From a virus (lineage: Duplodnaviria > Heunggongvirae > Uroviricota > Caudoviricetes): a DNA stretch of 64,000 bases. This document shows positions 9,699 to 18,111 of the stretch, one piece after another. How positions within the stretch are numbered: position 1 is the stretch's first letter; each line of letters begins with the position of its first letter. The stretch covers positions 8,095-72,094 of IMG/VR virus record IMGVR_UViG_3300022555_000023. One strand, given 5' to 3'. A program made the translations under genes and the position numbers. A model generated the notes under the pieces. It was not told where the DNA came from, did no database searches, and saw only the letters and a program-made list of their open reading frames with translations.

Positions 9699-10139
9699 TT
9701 ATGGCTTGGGGCACGGCCCGCCCGCGGGGCAGCACGCTTTCTCTAGCGGCACCTTGATGGCGTAAGTGCAGACCGACTGATCGAACTTGCCCAACTGCTT
9801 AGCCTTATCATTGGAGTAGCTGGCTTCACATGTTCCCGGATACTCGCCGTTGGGCACGCAGGCACATAGCTCGTGTTTGACCACGCAGCCGCAGGGACTG
9901 ACGCTCTTGATCATGTGCAACGTCTTGGGCTGCTCGGGATTGGGCTTGCCGTCTTTGAACGCCGGCGGCTTGGTCATGTAGTCGTAGACCGTGGCTTTGC
10001 ACGGCCCATTCTTATGCGGGCACTCGGCAGGCACGGGAGCCGAGATGATGACCAGGCCGGGGTGCGTGACGTCGGGACATTCAATCTCGAAGTCGGCCCC
10101 AATGAAAGATGCTGCCAGTAGTAACGCTGCGGTTAACAT
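9699..10139 (-). CDS. secreted cysteine-rich protein
   Basis: TAGGAGA SD. Signal-like N-terminus MLTAALLLAASFIGA. 12 Cys in 146 aa. Confidence 0.7.
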   Translation of the reverse strand: MLTAALLLAASFIGADFEIECPDVTHPGLVIISAPVPAECPHKNGPCKATVYDYMTKPPAFKDGKPNPEQPKTLHMIKSVSPCGCVVKHELCACVPNGEYPGTCEASYSNDKAKQLGKFDQSVCTYAIKVPLEKACCPAGGPCPKP

Positions 10140-10160
10140 GATCTGTCTCCTAGAGGTTAG

Positions 10161-10337
10161 TTACTCAGACCAATCTGAGATTTGAGCGTAACGCTTTGCG
10201 ATATCCAGTTCGATCTGGAGCCGCTTGTTTTGTGCCCCGCTGCTGCACGCCTCGCCGCACCAATGATTCGCGGCGGCCAGCAAGATGATATTCAGGCAGA
10301 CAGAAATAATTAGGGCTGTGAGTAATACGGCGATCAT
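10161..10337 (-). CDS. small membrane protein (58 aa)
   Basis: Below the ORF-track cutoff. GGAGGAAAT then ATG 10337. MIAVLLTALIISVCLNIILLAAA transmembrane helix. 4-nt overlap with 10334..10579. Confidence 0.55.
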   Translation of the reverse strand: MIAVLLTALIISVCLNIILLAAANHWCGEACSSGAQNKRLQIELDIAKRYAQISDWSE

Positions 10338-10579
10338 ATTTCCTCCGTGTTGGTTCGACAGGTCGCTTCCTCCATACGAATGATCATGTCGTAGATACGA
10401 CGTGTTGACTCGTTGCAGGTTGCATCTGGCCCGGCCCGGCTGCCTACTTCATCGGTCTGCAACCACGATTCGTCTACGGCGGAGACCTTCGTATCGACGT
10501 GCGTGCGAGTGTTGGTCTCACGTATCCGCCCCAGGGTATTTTCCATGCGAAGCAAACGCTGCTTCAGGCTGTGTATCAT
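10334..10579 (-). CDS. hypothetical protein
   Basis: 81-aa ORF, AGGGGG upstream of ATG. Confidence 0.6.
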   Translation of the reverse strand: MIHSLKQRLLRMENTLGRIRETNTRTHVDTKVSAVDESWLQTDEVGSRAGPDATCNESTRRIYDMIIRMEEATCRTNTEEI

Positions 10580-11283
10580 ATTGAGCCCCCTGGAAATGCA
10601 GCCCGCCCAGTCATTGGGCTTAAACGTTGCTCGCCTCGGGTGCTTCTAGATTTAAATGTGGGGCGGGGGCCTGAATCTGTTGCCGGGTCGGAAAAGCGAG
10701 TGGCGGCTGTGTTTGGCGCGTCCGACCCGATTTTCAAAGCTGTAGTCCCCGTGACCCCCCGTCCATGAGAAGCATCACGTCTCCTGTCTACATAGATACT
10801 GTCTACATAGATACTGTCTACATAGATACTGTCTACATAGATACTGTCTACATCCGCCCCCATGACTTCCGTTTGCTTCGGTATGATATCCTTATCATAT
10901 TGTTGTTGAATCAACGTGTGACGCGACGCACAACCACGCAACATGTCTATACAGATCTTGTTACGTCGCTGTGCGTTCATTACGCTACTCCTGTACACCG
11001 TCTTCGATCACGCGACGCAACCGTGATCTCCTGCGATCACTGGATGTCTTGCGTTGCACACGTCCATTAGATTACAGTTACTGTTCGCGTGTGTATGATC
11101 TTCATTCATCGTTCGTTTCATGAAGACGCGTCCTGTCACGCGTCTCACGCTCGTCCTTGGGTTTAAATCTTCCCTTAGAGTTGCCCAGCCATCTGTATGA
11201 CGTACACATCGTGCAACGCACGCTGCGTCTACGCTTACCGTTGGTCTTACGTCGTGTGCCCATGTGCGTGTGTGATCTCGTGG
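10580..11283. other. ~700-bp non-coding gap with tandem repeat and hairpins (candidate origin or regulatory hub)
   Basis: Only low-complexity or Arg-rich ORFs here. Inverted repeats GATCACG-N9-CGTGATC (~11007) and GACGCGT-N6-ACGCGTC (~11124). Stem GGGTCGGA..TCCGACCC (~10686-10729). Confidence 0.5.
10784..10854. repeat. 15-bp tandem repeat CTGTCTACATAGATA x 4.7
   Basis: Perfect head-to-tail copies read directly from the sequence. Confidence 0.95.
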
Positions 11284-11478
11284 CTAACAGATGATCTTGG
11301 GTTGTTGGTCAGGCAGCGGGTCTCCAGTCGTTACCCTATTGGGCACACGTGGGTCCTGGATAGGCGGGCCAACAGGAAACGTCCCTAGCCCAGGCTGCAC
11401 TGTAGGCCCGCATGCACACGACCGCACCCACGGGGCGTTGGCCCTTCCACACTTCGGGCACGTCCATCCTTCGTTCAT
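11284..11478 (-). CDS. small zinc-ribbon protein
   Basis: WTCPKCGRANAPWVRSCACG, a RanBP2-like CxxC..CxC pattern. Confidence 0.65.
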   Translation of the reverse strand: MNEGWTCPKCGRANAPWVRSCACGPTVQPGLGTFPVGPPIQDPRVPNRVTTGDPLPDQQPKIIC

Positions 11479-11666
11479 GGCTTGGCTACCTCATGTGCCG
11501 TAATAGTGATACTGCCGCCCGCGTCAACGACCGGCTTATCGTTGGCGACCAATTGGCGTAACAGGCCGATGGCACTTAGGCCGTGAAATTGGGCCTCTGT
11601 GTAACTGGCCTGTGTGATGATCATGTTGTCCTTGTCCTTGGCGACAACGTTGTAGGTCATGGTCAT
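11475..11666 (-). CDS. hypothetical protein
   Basis: Trimmed to ATG 11666 (GGAGCC SD, ATGA overlap with the stop of 11663..12226). Confidence 0.55.
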   Translation of the reverse strand: MTMTYNVVAKDKDNMIITQASYTEAQFHGLSAIGLLRQLVANDKPVVDAGGSITITAHEVAKP

Positions 11667-12226
11667 GATTTCGGCTCCTGTGATGTTGAAAAGTAAATAC
11701 AATCGCTCTCGTGAAAATGCCTTGTTGTTCCGCCCTTGTAAATCTTGATTTCGGCCTGTGGGAATTCCTCGTGGAACATGGCCTCAGTTAATACGTGCAA
11801 ATGCAACTTGTCTGTGGGCCAGTTAATCGGCTCGAAGACTCGCAGCACTTTTGCACATGACTTCGCCTTCCTTAGTATCATTCTGGGATCGACTACATGC
11901 TGCAGCACGTTGAAGATCCACGCTTCATCGAAAATCGAGGGTGCCTCGTACTGCTCGAACGGCAGGGGGATGATCTCGACGTCGTCTCGTTGCAGCTTGT
12001 CATGATACGCGACCCACAGCGGATCAACGTTCACGGCTCTGCGAAACATCGGCAAGTTGCCGCATACCGGAAAGTTTCCACCGCCGATCTCCAGGATCGT
12101 TCTGTCTGCTACGTCCTCGGCTGTGATGGCGAGATACTGGAAAACCTCATAGTTTCGGCGACTAACATCAGCGTTCTGGCCGTGATGCTTCTCATGGCTC
12201 TGGGCCTCGATCCATTGTTTGTTCAT
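11663..12226 (-). CDS. class I SAM-dependent methyltransferase
   Basis: Motif I ILEIGGG. Later AWIFNVLQHVVDP is typical of Methyltransf_11/23-like folds. Confidence 0.75.
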   Translation of the reverse strand: MNKQWIEAQSHEKHHGQNADVSRRNYEVFQYLAITAEDVADRTILEIGGGNFPVCGNLPMFRRAVNVDPLWVAYHDKLQRDDVEIIPLPFEQYEAPSIFDEAWIFNVLQHVVDPRMILRKAKSCAKVLRVFEPINWPTDKLHLHVLTEAMFHEEFPQAEIKIYKGGTTRHFHESDCIYFSTSQEPKS

Positions 12227-12471
12227 TTTGGCCCCTTCAAGCTCGTCATACTATCGTACAACAGGAAAGCGGTTCGTTGAAATTCTCGCACTGCCTTTCT
12301 CAACTTGGTCTGGGCCTCGCTGGATGCGGCTTTAATATCCATCATTTTTAAGGCCCTTGTGTCGGCCTCGATATTCGCGGCCAGATGAGCGGCCCTCAAA
12401 TTGGCTTGTGGATCCGGCTCGGGTTTTACGGGATTTTCGGGCAAGCTGGCTATGGTCAGTTTACGATCCAT
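12223..12471 (-). CDS. hypothetical protein
   Basis: 82-aa ORF, 4-nt overlap with downstream gene. Confidence 0.55.
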   Translation of the reverse strand: MDRKLTIASLPENPVKPEPDPQANLRAAHLAANIEADTRALKMMDIKAASSEAQTKLRKAVREFQRTAFLLYDSMTSLKGPK

Positions 12472-12475
12472 GATA

Positions 12476-13177
12476 TTACGCCAGCCTGTACTTCGTGAAC
12501 GTCCAGAAGGTCTCGAACAATGGGCAGTAGCGGCAGAACCTGTGAAACTCCGCCGTAGCCTCGTCCTGGAGAAGCCTGATGATTCTGGTTTCAGACTTCG
12601 ACTTGTGCTCGCCGGTTTGTGATATGACCCACTTGCCGCGGAAGGCCCGCGCTAGATTGAGCCTGTAATCCTCGGATGCATGAGTCGGCTCGACAGTCAT
12701 ATCATCAAAAACAACGTCGTACTTGTCGGCGTTCTCGTACAAGTATCGGAACGCGTCACCTACGTTCACGTGCAGCTTGTGGGCCTCGCCGTTAAGGCTT
12801 ATGGGAAAGTGCCGCCGGCAAACGTCGAGAACCTCGCTATCAATCTCACAGCATGTGACTCGTGCCACGTTGGGCAGGTCGCATAGCTCGGCTGCCAGGC
12901 TGCCGTCGCCTCCGCCCATGATCAAGACCCGCATGTGATCCATGTCGGGCAGCAGGTCGAGCATAGCCCGATCATACTCAGTATCACTGTTGGCCGACAT
13001 AACATCGTCGCCCACGATGAGGGTCTTGCCATGAGCCTCATGATCCATGACCCTAATGATCTGAAAAGGCGACTTGCGCTCTTCGAGAATTCCAGAGAAC
13101 TTGTACCTGACCGGCCCGACGCGGTCTTCACTGTAGATAGTCAGGGATAATCCGTCATCGTCCCACTGTGAGTTCAT
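12476..13177 (-). CDS. spermidine synthase-like aminopropyltransferase
   Basis: SPFQIIRV..GKTLIVGDDVMSANSDTEYDRAM, VLIMGGGDGS and CEIDSEVLDVCRRHFP match the spermidine synthase (SpeE) family pattern. Confidence 0.7.
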   Translation of the reverse strand: MNSQWDDDGLSLTIYSEDRVGPVRYKFSGILEERKSPFQIIRVMDHEAHGKTLIVGDDVMSANSDTEYDRAMLDLLPDMDHMRVLIMGGGDGSLAAELCDLPNVARVTCCEIDSEVLDVCRRHFPISLNGEAHKLHVNVGDAFRYLYENADKYDVVFDDMTVEPTHASEDYRLNLARAFRGKWVISQTGEHKSKSETRIIRLLQDEATAEFHRFCRYCPLFETFWTFTKYRLA

Positions 13178-13718
13178 TTGTCTTTCCTGTCAGGTCATCG
13201 TGAGGTGCATCCCGATACAGGAAGTTAACTTTCCTGAACTTGGGCTTGAATCGTTCGTCGATCATCTTCAGGACGACCGACTGGTCATACGGCTTGCACG
13301 AGAAGATATCGAAGTACATGCTGCCGATGCGGTTGTCGCCGTGCATGGAGATGTTACTGGTTGTGATAAGCTGTAACGCACTCCAGCCACCATCGGAATC
13401 CGTGCCGAAGTTATACAGGAACGGCTCGCCCACGGCGGTCATCTTGATGGCCGCGACCAGATCCTTGATGAACTTCTTGATCTGCTTGCCGTCGTCGATG
13501 TTCTTGTTGCAGCCGGAGCAGTCCACCATCATGTGAAAGCCCCAATGCTCCTTGCCGTCTTCGCCCGTGAACAGATCATTTCGGGGATCGCGTTTGAGGT
13601 CGACTACGGGCGACTCGGGAATCGCGGCGGCATCTACGGGAGCGTCGCCCTGGGCCAGTTTGAGGTCGGCCTCGCGACCAGGCCGCAGGGACAGGAAAGA
13701 ATTCAGTTCGTGGTTCAT
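13155..13718 (-). CDS. S-adenosylmethionine decarboxylase-like (pyruvoyl proenzyme type)
   Basis: GFHMMVDCSGC.., LQLITTSNISMHGD.. and YFDIFSCKPYD resemble class 1 AdoMetDC. T-S sits where the E-S self-cleavage site normally lies. Confidence 0.6.
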   Translation of the reverse strand: MNHELNSFLSLRPGREADLKLAQGDAPVDAAAIPESPVVDLKRDPRNDLFTGEDGKEHWGFHMMVDCSGCNKNIDDGKQIKKFIKDLVAAIKMTAVGEPFLYNFGTDSDGGWSALQLITTSNISMHGDNRIGSMYFDIFSCKPYDQSVVLKMIDERFKPKFRKVNFLYRDAPHDDLTGKTNELTVGR

Positions 13719-14008
13719 ACTATTGCGCCTCTCGTGATATGAAAATGAGCGTGGCCCGCACTCGATGCGTCGATGCTCGGCTCGATGGTTATCGTGTCAA
13801 AGTCCTCGTCGCCAATCAACGTCCACGTATGATCCTGTCGTGCCGGATGGCACAAGATGTACTGGTCGTCGATGGCTTCGCGTCCCTTATGATGAAACTG
13901 TACCGCCAACCTGATATTCCTGCAACAGGGACAGTCGAACGTCAGGCCCACAAGTACGGTCTCGCCGGCGAAGGTCCACCACCGCGGGTTCAGTTCTCTC
14001 AGCCTCAT
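13715..14008 (-). CDS. DUF6527-like protein
   Basis: CPCC..W..IGDEDFDTITIEPSI..H.HFHITRGAIV pattern as I recall it for DUF6527. Confidence 0.45.
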   Translation of the reverse strand: MRLRELNPRWWTFAGETVLVGLTFDCPCCRNIRLAVQFHHKGREAIDDQYILCHPARQDHTWTLIGDEDFDTITIEPSIDASSAGHAHFHITRGAIV

Positions 14009-14607
14009 GATTTCCCTTCATGAAACTCGATGCCCACAATCCTGGGCACGCTGCCTTCGTACATCGTGGCTTGTTCGTTGGCTCGCCGGATGTCAACTTC
14101 GGTCTGCTTGAAGGGCAGGGTCAGGCATCGGAACCAGGCCGACACGACCTTGCCGTTGTGGGTCTCGATATCGAGGTAGTTACCCTCGCTATGCACGCTG
14201 CCGCCGTAGTATCGCGTGCCCTTGGCCCGGCAGGCGGCCTGTTGGTGCTTATGCCCACCGAAGGCCAGCAGGCCCGCTAGAAAGCCGTGTATGCGAGCCA
14301 GGGCCGTGGGCTTGGGCTGTTGTTCGCTTACAAAAGGCGGCTCGACGAGATGCTCGATGATATTGCGGGCGTCGCGTAGCAGGTCGCACGACATCCAGCG
14401 GCCCGCGTCTTTGTGCTGGCGGGACGCCTCGTCGAGTTGCTCCAGAACCGGCACTTCTTCGAGATTCTCCCGAATGAACACGGCCTTCTTCTCTGGGAAC
14501 CAGGCGGGCCACGAGCATACCATACAGTCGACTCCGCGATAGCCTTCGACTCGCAGCATAGTACCGTCGCCGGCACGATCACGAACGATACTGTTCTCGC
14601 GGATCAT
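14005..14607 (-). CDS. hypothetical protein
   Basis: ORF trimmed to ATG 14607 (ACGGAGA SD), which removes the overlap with 14621..15130. Confidence 0.6.
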   Translation of the reverse strand: MIRENSIVRDRAGDGTMLRVEGYRGVDCMVCSWPAWFPEKKAVFIRENLEEVPVLEQLDEASRQHKDAGRWMSCDLLRDARNIIEHLVEPPFVSEQQPKPTALARIHGFLAGLLAFGGHKHQQAACRAKGTRYYGGSVHSEGNYLDIETHNGKVVSAWFRCLTLPFKQTEVDIRRANEQATMYEGSVPRIVGIEFHEGKS

Positions 14608-14620
14608 AATATGATCTCCG

Positions 14621-15130
14621 TTAGGGCTTGTTGGCCTTCGGAATTTCCGGAGCCAGCGGGATATCAACCAGAGGAACCGTAGGATGCGGGCTATGCGTTC
14701 CCTGCCGCGACATCACGATCTTGACGGTCGATAGCACCTCGTCGATCTTCTTCTCGTTGTTCGCGGCGATACTGGCCGCAGCGTCGATCTTCTTGTTGCC
14801 GTCCTCGACTTTGGCGAGGGCTTTGTCGACATCGGTCTTGATGGCCGTAACAGTGGACTCGATGCCAGCCACCTTGGCCGATGTTTCGACTTGCCGAGTG
14901 CTCACCGTAGTAAGCCAAGTCTTCATGCTGTCCACCGTGACCTCGTCCTTGGTCTGCTGCACGAGCTTCGCGTCATGATCGGCCTGGCAATGGTTGCGAT
15001 ACTCGATATAGCCGATGACCACACCGATGCATCCGAACAGTCCTAACCACAATTCCCAACGGGTGTTGGTCTTTGGGCCGTGTTTGCTGGTCATCTTGAT
15101 TTCAACGTCGTTGGCGTCGGTCGACATCAT
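14621..15130 (-). CDS. single-pass membrane protein with coiled-coil ectodomain
   Basis: WELWLGLFGCIGVVIGYI transmembrane helix followed by heptad-like repeats. Confidence 0.6.
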   Translation of the reverse strand: MMSTDANDVEIKMTSKHGPKTNTRWELWLGLFGCIGVVIGYIEYRNHCQADHDAKLVQQTKDEVTVDSMKTWLTTVSTRQVETSAKVAGIESTVTAIKTDVDKALAKVEDGNKKIDAAASIAANNEKKIDEVLSTVKIVMSRQGTHSPHPTVPLVDIPLAPEIPKANKP

Positions 15131-15501
15131 TTGCCTCCAGTGGACTTGCCCTTCAGTTCTTCGATTTCTTTCTGCATATTCGAGATGACCACGCCTCGAT
15201 CAGAAAGTACCTTCTTCATGTCGTTGATATCTTCCTGCATGGTTTTCATATACTCGCCATTCTTGGCGATAGCTGCCGCATTACTCTTCATCTGGCTGGG
15301 CACGTATCCCGAGTCGCTGGCCAGATTGATCAACAGGATCGCGAGGAGCAAACCCATGAAGCCCAGCACCGCATATAGAATCTTGCGTAACGTCCTGATT
15401 TCCGGATCCGTGTATCGGCTCGCCTCCTGATGATTTGTGGGCTTAGTGCGAAGCCTCAGACAGCATCTTACCGTTTTCAGGAAATAACCGCCACATCGCA
15501 A
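15127..15501 (-). CDS. single-pass membrane protein with coiled-coil
   Basis: ILYAVLGFMGLLLAILLINL transmembrane helix plus helical tail. Start codon uncertain. Confidence 0.5.
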   Translation of the reverse strand: MRCGGYFLKTVRCCLRLRTKPTNHQEASRYTDPEIRTLRKILYAVLGFMGLLLAILLINLASDSGYVPSQMKSNAAAIAKNGEYMKTMQEDINDMKKVLSDRGVVISNMQKEIEELKGKSTGGK

Positions 15502-15502
15502 A

Positions 15503-15616
15503 TTACGGGCTGATAACTCGACGAAAAGATTCGCAGTGCATCAACACATAAACCGTAAGGCACGAGGTCATGATAGAAACTATCGCAGCCACGATCATAA
15601 CATAAGCCAACTTCAT
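15503..15616 (-). CDS. small membrane protein (37 aa)
   Basis: MKLAYVMIVAAIVSIMTSCLTVYVLM. Trimmed from ORF 15503..15700. Confidence 0.45.
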   Translation of the reverse strand: MKLAYVMIVAAIVSIMTSCLTVYVLMHCESFRRVISP

Positions 15617-15624
15617 GATATGCC

Positions 15625-15972
15625 TCACGCGAACAGTATGAACACCGAAAGCAGGGCTTCCAGTGCCGATAGGATCTGTGGCAAGTGACCCTCGATCCAA
15701 GTGATGATACTGCCCCAGTTGAACGTGGCCATCATCAGTTCGCCGATGCCGTAGCCGAGGTTATCAGCGGCGGCCATCGATGCGACCTTACCATGCATGA
15801 CGTCGATCAGGTTGCACGTCTCGCCTTTGTCGTTCTTCCGCATGGGCCGGGCTAGGGCTTCATGCACCGTGTCGGCCTGCTGCTGCGTGATCTTGCCCGC
15901 CCGCAACTGCGTGTGGGTCGCCCGATACATTGCCAAGCTGAACAGCGGATGGTGGAATAGGGCTTCGCTCAT
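15625..15972 (-). CDS. hypothetical protein
   Basis: ATG 15972 has an AAGGGA SD. Alternative start at 16047. Confidence 0.55.
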   Translation of the reverse strand: MSEALFHHPLFSLAMYRATHTQLRAGKITQQQADTVHEALARPMRKNDKGETCNLIDVMHGKVASMAAADNLGYGIGELMMATFNWGSIITWIEGHLPQILSALEALLSVFILFA

Positions 15973-16059
15973 GTTAAAAATCCCTTGGGTTTCAGGTGCG
16001 TTCCAGCCTAAGTAGCCAGTCGCGTGCGTGGTTTCGATACCGCCCATTATAGCCTGCTA

Positions 16060-16458
16060 TCAGAAACCGTCCTGAGCCTCGTTGCGGGCCGCAACCAGGC
16101 GTTCCAGTTCGGCCTCCAGATCGCGGACTCGCTCCTCGGTAGCAAAGTCGGCAACCCTGCCGCACATGCGTTCCATGAGGCTGAGCAGGTACATGCTCTT
16201 GCCACTGCGGGCATGACGGATCCAGTCGGCCACGAAGCCCTCCAGAACTTCATCCGTCATCTGGGCTCGGATAGCCGCCTGGATGCGGTTCTGCTCGCGC
16301 ACATACGGATTGCCGCCACTGCACCGATTACCTCTGAGAAACTTGCCCGACACCGGATCCCTGCCCGATGATGTCGACGTTGCTGCTTCGGTGGGCAACG
16401 CCGGCGGATCCTGCTTCGTATTCGGGTCGGAAGTGATACGCCTTCGATTGATACTCAT
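16060..16458 (-). CDS. hypothetical protein, possibly small-terminase-like; N-terminal RRRI tag
   Basis: MSINRRRITSDP. The GNRCSGGNPYVRE stretch is reminiscent of DUF5681-type small terminases (weak). Confidence 0.5.
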   Translation of the reverse strand: MSINRRRITSDPNTKQDPPALPTEAATSTSSGRDPVSGKFLRGNRCSGGNPYVREQNRIQAAIRAQMTDEVLEGFVADWIRHARSGKSMYLLSLMERMCGRVADFATEERVRDLEAELERLVAARNEAQDGF

Positions 16459-16607
16459 TATCGTCCTACCAGTTGAATTACCGGCTGCGTTCCGGTCGCC
16501 GTAGATCGCTACCGCGTGCGGCAGCCAGGCAACCCACAGATAAAAACGCAGCATCCATAACCATCGATCTTACATCGGGACCGGACTGCGTCAATACAAG
16601 TTAGCGG

Positions 16608-16850
16608 TTATTTCAGATCTTTCATCCAAAGATCATACTCTAACGCCACGTCGCGGTACTGCCTATGAAAGTGTTCCACGCTTTCGGCATCCCGCAGTTC
16701 GCTTGCGATCTGCATAGCACAAATGTTCCTGATCATTCGCAGATGGTAACCGATTACGCGTCGCAGTTGTTTGCACGCTTTGATCAACTGCCACGCACAT
16801 GCCAGGTTGATGAACGCGGCGGCGATAAAAACGAACCACATAACGGTCAC
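16608..16850 (-). CDS. small membrane protein
   Basis: MTVMWFVFIAAAFINLACAW transmembrane helix. Confidence 0.6.
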   Translation of the reverse strand: MTVMWFVFIAAAFINLACAWQLIKACKQLRRVIGYHLRMIRNICAMQIASELRDAESVEHFHRQYRDVALEYDLWMKDLK

Positions 16851-17599
16851 AGTTCACCACCGTTGGGCAGATTCTGGATGCGTCGTCGCTTCGGGCGTAA
16901 CTGCGGAGCAGTCGCACCAGGCGGGTCACGCAGATTGGGAATGCACGGCTCTTGGTCGATTTGCCGAATGCTGGCAAAAACGGCGGGCGGTATCTGCATC
17001 GCACGCATCACTCGCTGTTCTAACTCACGCATCTCCTCGGTGATATCTCGGGCTCGCGGCGTATTGGGGTTGCGCGGCTCACACGTCGGCCCAGTTGGTA
17101 CGACGTAGCGAAGATCGAGGGCGTCTTCAATACTACCGCCGTTGTGGACGCTTGGAATGACCGCGACCACCGAATCATGCATTGGGGCCGCTGTATAGCG
17201 GTGCCGATCCATCGCGTCGCGGAACGGCTCCATCGCTTCAAACGCACCATTCAGTGCCGTATCCAGGCCCGTACCAGCGAACACGTCCATCAGGGTGCGG
17301 CCCTGCGGCGGGTCTCGCAGTTCGGGCGGCTCAGGCCGCGGCGTTGCGCTCTGCACAGCCCACCGTAGACAATGCAAAGAGTTGATCATACAACTGCTCC
17401 ATCCCGATGGTGACGACGGATCAGGACTTGAATGTCTGATCACAGCTTCGCCCGCTTCCTTCAGAGCATCGCGATGCTGGGTGATGCGGGCGACGAAGTT
17501 GACCAGTTCATGATACTCCTCAGACGACGCATGGTTGCGTCGGGCTTGGTTGTAATTCCCCAGCAGTCTGTCCAGCGTTCGTCGTTCGTCTTGCGTCAT
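16847..17599 (-). CDS. hypothetical protein with C-terminal RRRIQ tag
   Basis: 250-aa ORF ending ..PKRRRIQNLPNGGEL*. Confidence 0.65.
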   Translation of the reverse strand: MTQDERRTLDRLLGNYNQARRNHASSEEYHELVNFVARITQHRDALKEAGEAVIRHSSPDPSSPSGWSSCMINSLHCLRWAVQSATPRPEPPELRDPPQGRTLMDVFAGTGLDTALNGAFEAMEPFRDAMDRHRYTAAPMHDSVVAVIPSVHNGGSIEDALDLRYVVPTGPTCEPRNPNTPRARDITEEMRELEQRVMRAMQIPPAVFASIRQIDQEPCIPNLRDPPGATAPQLRPKRRRIQNLPNGGEL

Positions 17600-17603
17600 G
17601 ATT

Positions 17604-18068
17604 TTACTCCATCCATGCCAGACACCCCGGCGTGCTACATCGTCCCCAGCAATGCCCGTTGATAGCCGCTATCGATAGCGTCAGCCGCCCGCCGCAGCCA
17701 GTCGGGCAATCTACGGTCTCCTGAGCGTTCTGGCGTTTGTGGCGGCTCCTGAAGGCATCCACGGTATCGGCGGCCATAGCATGACGTTCGAGAATACGGA
17801 TTAGTTCGATGTTCCTGGCTCGGCCCTCGGCCCGCGTGAACATAGCGAAATGATCACACGGCACGCGGTTTGAGTCCGATGCGTCGCTCAGTTTCCGGCA
17901 CGGTGCACGCAGTGCCCAGCCGATGTCAACCCCGCCTATCAGTCGCCTGATATCGATGTCCATAGCACACGGACGATCCTCTAACATGCCGCGAAAATGT
18001 CGGCATATCTGATCAGGCCCGGCCATCTTCGGGGCGGTTCTCATCCTGCGTCGTTCAGGCATGGTCAT
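17604..18068 (-). CDS. Cys-rich protein with N-terminal ERRRM tag
   Basis: MTMPERRRMRT.. CPTGCGG..GHCWGRCSTPGC. Confidence 0.65.
   Translation of the reverse strand: MTMPERRRMRTAPKMAGPDQICRHFRGMLEDRPCAMDIDIRRLIGGVDIGWALRAPCRKLSDASDSNRVPCDHFAMFTRAEGRARNIELIRILERHAMAADTVDAFRSRHKRQNAQETVDCPTGCGGRLTLSIAAINGHCWGRCSTPGCLAWME
17618..17625 (-). promoter_or_regulatory. GTGTCTGG junction motif
   Basis: 18 nt upstream of ATG 17599. Confidence 0.5.
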
Positions 18069-18111
18069 CTTTCAGTGGCGACGGCTTCATCATACGATGA
18101 CGCAATCACGA

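Noticed and set aside
10784-10854. Possible CRISPR array
   Set aside because: The repeats are contiguous 15-mers with no spacers and no cas genes nearby. This is a simple tandem repeat.
10576-10998. 140-aa ORF with VDSIY repeated four times (and its plus-strand mirror 10765..11070)
   Set aside because: The peptide repeat is just the translation of the 15-bp DNA tandem repeat. The rest of the ORF is Arg/Ser/Thr-rich low complexity with no SD, so I treat the region as non-coding.
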